Below, in pieces: positions 1-9,916 of a stretch of 64,000 nucleotides of DNA (its first letter is position 1; every line of letters starts with the position of its first letter). The DNA lies in NCBI RefSeq assembly GCF_009914755.1, contig NC_060925.1. The stretch is one strand, 5' to 3'. The DNA is from the human T2T-CHM13v2.0 reference genome, Homo sapiens. The notes under the pieces are model-generated. The model was not told the DNA's origin. It searched no databases and saw only the letters and a program-made list of their open reading frames with translations. The position numbers were made by a program, and so were the translations under genes.

Positions 1-235
1 CAGTGCAGACTTGAAACTCTCTTTTTGTGGAATTTGCAAGTGGACATTTCAGCCGCTTTGAGGTCAATGGTAGAATAGGAAATATCTTCGTGTAGAAACT
101 AGACAGAATGATTCTCAGAAACTCCTTTGTGATGTGTGCGTTCAACTCACAGAGTTTAACTTTTCTTTTCATAGAGCAGTTAGGAAACACTCTGTTTGTA
201 AAGTCTGCAAGTGGATATTCGGACCTCTTTGAGGC

Positions 236-252
236 CTTCGTTGGAAACGGGG
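236..252 (+). promoter_or_regulatory. CENP-B box (first of 19 box positions at ~340-bp spacing in the SF1 array; 15 keep the core)
   Basis: cttcgttggaaacgggg matches the core nTTCGnnnnAnnCGGGn. Confidence 0.9.
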
Positions 253-660
253 TTTCTTCATATTATGCTAGACAGAAGAATTCTCAGTAACTTCCTTGTG
301 TTGTGTGTATTCAACTCACAGAGTTGAACGATCCTTTACACAGAGCAGACTTGAAACACTCTTTTTGTGGAATTTGCAAGTGGAGATTTCAGCCGCTTTG
401 AGGTCATTGGTAGAATAGGAAATATCTTCCTATATAAACTAGACAGAATGATTCTCAGAAACTCCTTTGTGATGTGTGCGTTCAACTCACAGAGTTTAAC
501 CTTTCTTTTCATAGAGCAGTTAGGAAACACTCTGTTTGTAAAGTCTGCAAGTGGATATTCAGACTTCTTTGAGGCCTTCGTTGGAAACGGGATTTCTTCA
601 TATTCTGCTAGACAGAAGAATTTTCAGTAACTTCCTTGTGTTGTGTGTATTCAACTGACA

Positions 661-2698
661 GAGTTGAACTTTTATTTAGAGAGAGCAGATTTGAAACACT
701 GTTTTTGTGGAATTTGCAAGTGGAGATTTCAAGCGCTTTGGGGACAAAGGTAGAAAAGGAAATATCTTGGTATAAAAACTAGACAGAATCATTCTCAGAA
801 ACTGCTGCGTGATGTGTGGGATTACCTCTCAGAGTTTTACTTTTCTTTTCATTCAGCGGTTTGGAAACACTCTGTTTGTAAAGTCTGCACGTGGATATTT
901 TGACCACTTAGAGGCCTTCGTTGGAAACGGGTTTTTTTCATGTAAGGCTAAACAGAAGAATTCCCAGTAACTTCCTTGTGTTGTGTGCATTCAACTCACA
1001 GAGTTGAACGTTCCCTTAGACAGAGCAGATTTGAAACACTGTATTTGTGCAATTTGCAAGTGTAGATTTCAAGCGCTTTAAGGTCAATGGCAGAAAAGGA
1101 AATATCTTCGTTTCAAAACTAGACAGAATCATTCCCACAAACTGCGTTGTGATGTGTTCGTTCAACTCACAGAGTTTAACCTTTCTGTTCATAGAGCAGT
1201 TAGGAAACACTCTGTTTGTAAAGTCTGTAAGTGGATATTCTGACATCTTTTGGCCTTCGTTGGAAACGGGATTTCTTCATCTTCTGCTACACAGAAGAAT
1301 TCTCAGTAACTTCCTTGTGTTGTGTGTATTCAACTCACAGAGTTGAACGATCCTTTACACAGAGCAGACTTGAAACACTCTATTTGTGGAATTTGCAAGT
1401 GGAGATTTCAGCCGCTTTGAGGTCAATGATAGAAAAGGAAATATCTTCGTATAAAAACTAGACAGAATGATTCTCAGAAACTCCTTTGTGATGTGTGCGT
1501 TGAACTCACAGAGTTTAACCTTTCTTTTCATGGAGCAGTTAGGAAACACTCTGTTTGTAAAGTCTGCACGTGGATACTTGGACTTCTTTGAGGCCTTCGT
1601 TGGAAACGGGTTTTTTTCATGTAAGGTTAAACAGAAGAATTCTCAGTAACTTCCTTGTGTTGCGTGTATTCAACTGACAGAGTTGAACTCTCATTTAGAT
1701 AGAGCAGATTTTAAACACTGTTTTTGTGGAATTTGCAAGTGTATATTTCAACCGCTTTGGGGCCAAATGCAGAAAAGGAAATATCTTCGTATAAAAACTA
1801 GACAGAATCATTCTCAGAAACTACTCTGTGATGTGTGCGTTCAACTCTCAGAGTTTAACTTTTCTTTTCATTCAGCAGTTTGGATACACTCTGTTTGTAA
1901 AGTCTGCACGTGGATATTTTGAGCACTTAGAGGCCTTCGTTGGAAACGGGTTTTTTTCATGTAAGGCTAGGCAGAAGAATTCCCAGTAACTTCCTTGTGT
2001 TGTGTGAATTCAACTCACAGTGTTGAACGTTCCCTTAGACAGAGCATATTTGAAACACTCTATTTGTGCAATTTGCAAGTGTAGATTTCAAGCGCTTTAA
2101 GGTCAATGGCAGAAAAGGAAATATCTTCGTTTCAAAACTAGACAGAATCATTCCCTCAAACTGCGTTGTGATGTGTTCGTTCAACTCACAGAGTTTAACC
2201 TTTCTGTTCATAGAGCAGTTCGGAAACACTCTGTTTGTAATGTCTGTAAGTGGATATTCTGACATCTGGTGGCCTTCGTTGGAAACGGGATTTCTTCATA
2301 TTCTGCTAGACATAAGTATTCTTAATAACTTCCTTGTGTTGTGTGTATTCAACTCACAGAGTTGAACGATCCTTGACACAGAGCAGACTTGAAACACTCT
2401 TTTTGTGGAATTTGCAAGTGGAGATTTCAGCCGCTTTGAGGTCAATGGTAGAAAAGGAAATATCTTCGTATAAAGACTAGACAGAATGATTCTCAGAAAC
2501 TCCTTTGTGATGTGTGCGTTCAACTCACAGAGTTTAACTTTTCTTTTCATAGAGCAGTTAGGAAACACTCTGTTTGTAAAGTCTGCACGTGGATACTTGG
2601 ACTTCTTGGAGGCCTTCATTGGAAACGGGTTTTTTTCATGTAAGGTTAGACAGAAGAATTCTCAGTAACTTCCTTGTGTTGTGTGTATTCAACTGACA
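661..2698 (+). repeat. Two canonical 6-monomer (1019-bp) SF1 HOR units (dimer order A-B-C)
   Basis: Dimer A (gagttgaact...atttaga) at 661, 1680, 2699; dimer B (gaacgttcccttagac) at 1001, 2020; dimer C (gaacgatcctttacac) at 1340, 2359. Confidence 0.85.
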
Positions 2699-5600
2699 GA
2701 GTTGAACTTTCATTTAGAGAGAGCAGAGTTGAAACACTGTTTTTGTGGAATTTGCAAGTGGGGATTTCAACCGCTTTGGGGCCAAAGGCAGAAAAGGAAA
2801 TATCTTCGTATAAAAAGTAGACAGAATCATTCTCAGAAACTGCTCTGTGATGTGTGCGTTCAACTCTCAGAGTTTAACTTTTCTTTTCATTCAGCGGTTT
2901 GGAAACACTCTGTTTGTAAAGTCTGCACGTGGATATTTTGACCACTTAGAGGCCTTCGTTGGAAACGGGCTTTTTCATGTAAGGCTAGACAGAAAAATTC
3001 TCAGTAACTTCCTTGTGTTGTGTGTATTCAACTCACAGAGTTCAACGATCCTTGACACAGAGCAGACGTGAAACACTCTTTTTGTGGAATTTGCAAGTGG
3101 AGATTTCAGCCGCTTTGAGGTCAATATTAGAAAAGGAAATATCTTCGTATAGAAACAAGACAGAATGATTCTCAGAAACTCCTTTGTGATGTGTGCGTTC
3201 AACTCACAGAGTTTAACCTTTCTTTTCATAGAGCAGTTAGGAAACACTCTGTTTGTAAAGTCTGCAAGTGGATATTCAGACCTCCTTGAGGCCTCCGTTG
3301 GAAACGGGATTTCTTAATATTCTGCTAGACAGAAGAATTCTCAGTAACTTCCTTGCGTTGTGTGTATTCAACTCACAGAGTTGAACGATCCTTTACACAG
3401 AGCAGACTTGAAACACTCTTTTTGTGGAATTTGCAAGAGGAGATTTCAGCCGCTTTGAGGTCAATAGTAGAAAAGGAAATATCTTCGTATAGAAACTAGA
3501 CAGAATGATTCTCAGAAACTCCTTTGTGTTGTGAGCGTTCAACTCACAGAGTTTAACCTTTCTTTTCATAGAGCAGTTTGGAAACACTCTGTTTATAAAG
3601 TCTGCAAGTGGATATTCAGACCCCTTTGAGGCCTTCGTTGGAAACGTGATTTCTTCATATTCTGCTAGACAGAAGAATTCTCAGTAACTTCCTTGTGTTG
3701 TGTGTATTCAACTCACAGAGTTGAACGATCCTTTACACAGAGCAGACTTGAAACACTCTTTTTGTGGAATTTGCAGGTGGAGATTTCAGCCGCTTTGAGG
3801 TCAATGGTAGAAGAGGAAATATCTTCGTATAAAAACTAGACAAAATGATTCTCAGAAACTCCTTTGTGATGTGGGCGTTGAACTCCCAGAGTTTAACCTT
3901 TCTTTTCATAGAGCAGTTAGGAAACACTCTGTTTGTATAGTCTGCACGTGGATACTTGGACTTCTTTGAGACCTTCGTTGGAAATGGGTTTTTTTCATGT
4001 AAGGCTAGACAGAAGAATTCTCAGTAACTTCCTTGTGTTGTGTGTATTCAACTGACAGAGTTGAACTTTCATTTAGAGAGAGCAGATTTGAAACACTATT
4101 TTTGTGGAATTTGCAAGTGGAGATTACAAGCGCTTTTGGGCCAAAGGCAGAAAAGGAAATATCTTCGTATAAAAACTAGACAGAATCATCCTCAGAAACT
4201 GCACTGTGATGTGTGCGTTCAACTCTCAGTGTTTAACTTTTCTTTTCATTCAGCAGTTTGGAAACACTCTGTTTGTAAAGTCTGCACGTGGATATTTTGA
4301 CCACTTAGAGGCCTTCGTTGGAAACGGGTTTTTTTCATGTAATGCTAGGCAGAAGAATTCCCAGTAACTTCATTGTGTTGTGTGCATTCAACTCACAGAG
4401 TTGAACGTTCCCTTAGACAGAGCAGATTTGAAACACTCTATTTGTGCAATTTGCAAGTGTAGATTTCAAGCGCTTTAAGGTCAATGGCAGAAAAGGAAAT
4501 ATCTTCGTTTCAAAACTAGACAGAATCATTCCCTCAAACTGCGTTGTGATGTGTTCGTTCAACTCACAGAGTTTAACCTTTCTGTTCATAGAGCAGTTAG
4601 GAAACACTCTGTTTGTAAAGTCTGCAATTGGATATTCAGACCTCTTTGAGGCTTTCGTTGGAAACGGGATTTCTTCATATTCTGCTAGACAGAAGAATTC
4701 TCAGAAACTTCCTTGTGTTGTGTGTATTCAACTCACAGAGTTGAATGATCCTTTACACAGAGCAGACTTGAAACACACTTTTTGTGGAATTTCCAAGTGG
4801 AGATTTCAGCCGCTTTGGGGTCAATGGTAGCAAAGGAAATATCTTCGTATAGAAACAAGACAGAATGATTCTCAGAAACTCCTTTGTGATGTGTGCGTTC
4901 AACTCACAGAGTTTAACCTTTCTTTTCACAGAGCAGTTAGGAAACACTCTGTTTGTAAAGTTTGAAAGTGGATATTCTGACATCCTTGAGGCCTTCGTTG
5001 GAAACGGGATTTCTTCATATTATGCTACACAGAAGAATTCTCAATAACTTCCTTGTGTTGTGTGTATTCCAATCACAGAGTTGAACGATCCTTTACACAG
5101 AGCAGACTTGCAAAACTGTTTTTGTGGAATTTGCAAGTGGAGATTTCAGCCGCTTTTAGGTCAATGGTTGAAAAGGAAATATCTTCCAATAGAAATTTGA
5201 CAGAATGATTCTCAGAAACTCCGTTGTGATGTGTGCGTTCAACTCACAGAGTTTAACCTTTCTTTTCATGGAGCAGTTAGGGAACACTCTGTTTTTAAAG
5301 TCTGTAAGTGGATATTCTGACCTCCTTGAGGCCTTCGTTGGAAACGGGATTTCTTCATATTCTGCTAGACAGAAGAATTCTCAGTAACTTCCTTGTGTTG
5401 TGTGTATTCAACTTACAGAGTTGAACGATCCTTTACACAGAGCAGACTTGAAACAATCTTTTTGTGGAATTTGCAAGTGGAGATTTCAGCCGCTTTGAGG
5501 TCAATGGTAGAAAAGGAAATATCTTCGTATAGAAAATAGACAGAATGATTCTCAGAAACTCCTTTGTGATTTGTGCGTTCAACTCACAGAGTTTAACCTT

Positions 5601-6352
5601 TCTTTTCATAGAGCAGTTAGGAAACACTCTGTTTATAAATTCTGCAAGTGGATATTCAGACCCCTTTGAGGCCTTCGTTGGAAACGGGATTTCTTCATAT
5701 TATGCTAGACAGAAGAATTCTCAACAACTTCCTTGTGTTGTGTGTATTCAACTCACAGAGTTGAACGGTCCTTTACACAGAGCAGACTTGAAACACTCTT
5801 TTTGTTGAATTTGCAAGTGGAGATTTCAGCCGCTTTGAGGTCAATGGTAGAATAGGAAATATCTTCCTATAGAAACTAGACAGAATGATTCACAGAAACT
5901 CCTTTGTGATGTGTGCGTACAACTCACAGAGTTTAACCTTTCTTTTCATAGAGCAGTTAGGAAACACTCTGTTTGCAAAGTCTGCAAGTGGATATTCAGA
6001 CCTCTTTGAGTCTTTCGTTGGAAACGGGATTTCTTCATATTCTGCTAGACAGAAGAATTCTCAGAAACTTCCTTGTGTTGTGTGTATTCAACTCACAGAG
6101 TTGAACGATCCTTTACACAGAGCAGACTCGAAACACACTTTTTGTGGAATTTGCAAGTGGAGATTTCAGCCGCTTTGAGGTCAATGGTAGAAAAGGATAT
6201 ATCTTCGTATAAAAACTAGACAGAATGATTCTCAGAAACTCCTTTGTGATGTGTGCGTTCAACTCACAGAGTTTAACTTTTCTTTTCATAGAGCAGTTAG
6301 GAAACACTCTGTTTGTAAAGTCTGCAAGTGGATATTCAGACCTCTTTGAGGC

Positions 6353-6369
6353 CTTCGTTGGAAACGGGA
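6353..6369 (+). promoter_or_regulatory. CENP-B box, last of the SF1 array
   Basis: cttcgttggaaacggga is a perfect match to YTTCGTTGGAARCGGGA. Confidence 0.95.
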
Positions 6370-6500
6370 TTTCTTCATATTATGCTAGACAGAATAATTC
6401 TCAGTGACTTCCTTGTGTTGTGTGTATTCAACTCACAGAGTTGAACGATCCTTTACACAGAGTAGACTTGAAACACTCTTTTTGTGGAATTTGCAGGTGG

Positions 6501-6506
6501 AGATTT
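6501..6506. other. Inverted junction between two alpha-satellite families, 6-bp microhomology AGATTT
   Basis: The left array normally reads ...gcaagtggAGATTTcagc and the right array normally reads ...ctgtctAGATTTtatgtgaag. The junction reads gcaggtggAGATTTtatgtgaag, with no inserted bases. Confidence 0.93.
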
Positions 6507-6519
6507 TATGTGAAGGTAT

Positions 6520-6536
6520 ACCCGTTTCGAACGAAG
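6520..6536 (-). promoter_or_regulatory. CENP-B box (core intact) unique to the junction monomer
   Basis: Reverse complement is cttcgttcgaaacgggt, which retains TTCG, A and CGGG. All other copies of this monomer read ctttgttcg... Confidence 0.8.
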
Positions 6537-9225
6537 GCCACAAAGTGCTCCAAATATCCACTTGCAGGTCCTCCAACAAGAGTATTTCAAACGTGAACTA
6601 TCAAAGGAAGGTTCAACTCTGGACTTTGAATGCAAAAGTCAGAAAGATGTTTCTGCGAAAGCTTCTGTTTAGTTAGGTGACGTTATCCCGTTTCCAACGA
6701 AATCCTCAGACAGGTCCAAATATCCACCTGCAGATTCTGCAAAAAGTGTGTTTCCAAACTGCTCCACCCAAAGGCATGTTCAGCTCTGTGAGTTAAACTC
6801 AATCATCACAAAGCATTTTCTGAGAATGCTTCTGTCCAGTTTTTACATGAAGCTGTTTCCTTTACTACCGTATGCCTCAAAGCGTTCCAAATCTCCACTT
6901 GCAGATACTACGAAAAGAGCGTTTCAACCTGAACTCACAAGGGAAGGTTCAACTCTGTCAGTTGAATATCAACATCACAAAGAATTTCTGGGAATGTTTC
7001 TCTTCAGTTATGTGAGTTTTATCCCGTTTCCAACGAAATTCTCAGAGAAGTACAAATATCCACTTGCATATTCTACAAAAAGTGTGTTTTGAAAGTGCTC
7101 CATCAAAAGATATGCTCAGCTCTGTGAGTTAAACTCAATCATCACAAAGAATTTTCTGAGAATGCTTCTGTCTTGTTTTAGGATGAAGTTATTTCCTTTA
7201 CGACGATAAGCCTCAAAGAGGTCCAAATCTCCAGTTGCAGATTCTGCAGAAGGAGTGTTTCAAACCTGAACTATCAGAGAAAGGTTCAACACTGTGAGTT
7301 GAATGCAAGCATCACGAAGAAGGTTCTGAGAATGCTTCTGTTTAGATAGGTGAGTTTTCTCCCGTATCCAACGAAATCCTCAGAGAGGTCCAAATATCCA
7401 CCTGCAGATTCTGCAAAAAGTGTGTTTCAAAACTGCTGCACCCAAAGGCATGTTCAGCTCTGTGAGTTAAACTCAATCATCACAAAGTATTTTCTGAGAA
7501 TGCTTCTGTCCAGTTTTTACATGAAGCTGTTTCCTTTACTACCGTAGGCCTCAAAGCGTTCCAAATCTCCACTTGCAGATACTACGAAAAGAGCGTTTCA
7601 ACCTGAACTCACAAGGGAAGGTTCAACTCTGTCAGTTGAATGCCAACATCACAAAGAAGTTCTGGGAATGTTTCTCTTCAGTTATGTGAGTTTTATCCCG
7701 TTTCCAACGAAATTCTCAGAGAAGTACAAATATCCACTTGCATATTCTACAAAAAGTGTGTTTTGAAAGTGCTCCATCAAAAGATATGCTCAGCTCTGTG
7801 AGTTAAACTCAATCATCACAAAGAATTTTCTGAGAATGCTTCTGTCTTGTTTTAGGATGAAGTTATTTCCTTTACGACGATAGGCCTCAAAGAGGTCCAA
7901 ATCTCCACTTGCAGATTCTGCAGAAGGAGTGTTTCAAACCTGAACTATCAGAGAAAGGTTCAACACTGTGAGTTGAATGCAAGCATCACGAAGAAGGTTC
8001 TGAGAATGCTTCTGTTTAGATAGGTGAGTTTTCTCCCGTATCCAACGAAATCCTCAGAGAGGTCCAAATATCCACTTGCAGATTCTACAGAAAGTGTGTT
8101 TTGAAATTGCTCCATCCAAAGGAATGTTGAGCTCTGTGAGTTGAACTCAATCGTCACAAAGTGTTTCCTGGGAATGCTACTGTCTAGTTTTTATGGGCAG
8201 TTATATCCTCTGCTGCCATAGGCCTCAAAGCGGTCCAAATCTCCCCTTTCAGATTCTACCAAAAGTGTGTTTCCAAACGGCTCTATCAAAGGGAATGTTC
8301 AACTCTGTGACTTGAATGCAATCATCACAAAGCAGTTTCTGAGAATGCTTCCATGTAGCTTTTATGAGCAGATATTTCCTTTTCCACCCCAGGCCTCGAA
8401 GCCCTCCAAATGTCCCCTTGCAGATGCTAGAAAGAGAGGGTTTCAAAGCTGCTCTATCAAAAGGAAAGTACAACTCTGTGAGATGAATGCAAACATCACA
8501 AAGAAGTTCTTGAGCATGCTTCCGTTTAGCTTTTATGGGAAGATTATCCCTTTTCCATCGAAATGTTCAAAGAGGTCCACATATCCGCTTGCAGATTCCA
8601 CCGAAAGAGCGTTTCCAAACTGCTGTATCAAAAGGAATCTTCAACTCCGTGAGTTGAATGCAATCATCACAAAGAAGTTTCTGACAACGCTTCTCTCTAG
8701 TTTGTATGTGAAGATATTTCCTTTTCCACCACAGGCCTGAAAGCGCTCCAAATGTCCACTTGGAGACTCTACGAAAAGAATGTTTCAAAACTGCTCTATG
8801 AAAAGCAATGTTATACTCTGGGAGTTGAACACAAGCCTCACAAAGGAGTTTCTGAGAATGCTTCTGTTTACTTTTTACGTGAAGATATTCCCGTTTCCAA
8901 AGAAATCTTCACAGGCTTCCACCTATCCATTTGCAGATGCTAGAAAAAGAGAGTTTCAAAACTGCTCTATCAAAAGGAATGTTCAACTCTGTGAGTTGAA
9001 TGCAGTCATCACAGAGAAGTTTCTAAGAAGGCTTCTGTCTAGATTTTATGTGAAGATATACCCGTTTCGAACAAAGGCCACAAAGTGCTCCAAATATCCA
9101 CTTGCAGGTCCTCCAACAAGAGTGTTTCAAACGTGAACTATCAAAGGAAGGTTCAACTCTGGACTTTGAATGCAAACGTCAGAAAGATGTTTCTGCGAAA
9201 GCTTCTGTTTAGTTAGGTGACGTTA

Positions 9226-9242
9226 TCCCGTTTCCAACGAAA
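9226..9242 (-). promoter_or_regulatory. CENP-B box 1 of the 11-mer (repeats every HOR unit)
   Basis: tcccgtttccaacgaaa is the reverse complement of tttcgttggaaacggga. Confidence 0.92.
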
Positions 9243-9561
9243 TCCTCAGAGAGGTCCAAATATCCACCTGCAGATTCTGCAAAAAGTGTGTTTCCAAACT
9301 GCTCCACCCAAAGGCATGTTCAGCTCTGTGAGTTAAACTCAATCATCACAAAGTATTTTCTGAGAATGCTTCTGTCCAGTTTTTACATGAAGCTGTTTCC
9401 TTTACTACCGTAGGCCTCAAAGCGTTCCAAATCTCCACTTGCAGATACTACGAAAAGAGCGTTTCAACCTGAACTCACAAGGGAAGGTTCAACTCTGTCA
9501 GTTGAATGCCAACATCACAAAGAAGTTCTGGGAATGTTTCTCTTCAGTTATGTGAGTTTTA

Positions 9562-9578
9562 TCCCGTTTCCAACGAAA
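9562..9578 (-). promoter_or_regulatory. CENP-B box 2 of the 11-mer (repeats every HOR unit)
   Basis: tcccgtttccaacgaaa, two monomers after box 1. Confidence 0.92.
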
Positions 9579-9899
9579 TTCTCAGAGAAGTACAAATATC
9601 CACTTGCATATTCTACAAAAAGTGTGTTTTGAAAGTGCTCCATCAAAAGATATGCTCAGCTCTGTGAGTTAAACTCAATCATCACAAAGAATTTTCTGAG
9701 AATGCTTCTGTCTTGTTTTAGGATGAAGTTATTTCCTTTACGACGATAGGCCTCAAAGAGGTCCAAATCTCCACTTGCAGATTCTGCAGAAGGAGTGTTT
9801 CAAACCTGAACTATCAGAGAAAGGTTCAACACTGTGAGTTGAATGCAAGCATCACGAAGAAGGTTCTGAGAATGCTTCTGTTTAGATAGGTGAGTTTTC

Positions 9900-9916
9900 T
9901 CCCGTATCCAACGAAA
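9900..9916 (-). promoter_or_regulatory. CENP-B box 3 of the 11-mer (variant, core intact; polymorphic among units)
   Basis: tcccgtatccaacgaaa is the reverse complement of tttcgttggatacggga, with the core bases retained. Confidence 0.8.

Larger units (their letters stand above)
1..6506 (+). repeat. Alpha-satellite HOR array, suprachromosomal family 1 (dimeric); D1Z7/D5Z2/D19Z3 (S1C1/5/19H1)-type, diverged edge of the array
   Basis: ~170-bp monomers with 340-bp periodicity: GAATTC (agaagaattc) recurs every ~340 bp, and a CENP-B box position CTTCGTTGGAAACGGG recurs at 236, 576, 916 ... 6013, 6353. The 1019-bp 6-mer period shows in identical ORF frames (1016/2035, 1047/2066). Alpha-satellite identity is direct; the family name is from recall of the 6-mer/dimer chr1/5/19 HOR. 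Strand is defined by the CENP-B box orientation. Confidence 0.93.
4738..6506 (+). repeat. Run of five plus one partial 340-bp C-type dimers ending at the array junction
   Basis: The C-dimer signature (gagttgaacgatcctttacacagagcagac, with scattered SNPs) starts at 4738, 5078, 5418, 5758, 6098 and 6438, with no A or B dimer in between. Confidence 0.85.
6501..9040 (-). repeat. Structural-variant HOR unit: 15-mer (2540 bp = 1866 + 674) with an internal 4-monomer tandem duplication (6693-7366 / 7367-8040)
   Basis: The unit anchor agattttatgtgaag is at 6501 and next at 9041. The motif tatccacctgcagattctgca occurs at both 6721 and 7395 (offset 674). Confidence 0.92.

Noticed and set aside
6353-6536. 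Inverted CENP-B boxes as terminal inverted repeats of a pogo/Tigger-like element
   Set aside because: No target-site duplication or non-satellite interior is present. The geometry follows from the inversion, and CENP-B is not known to be catalytically active.
6404-6676. Chimeric ORFs spanning the junction (6404-6676 +, 6453-6635 -)
   Set aside because: Chance read-through across the fusion point. Useful as breakpoint markers but not evidence of a gene.
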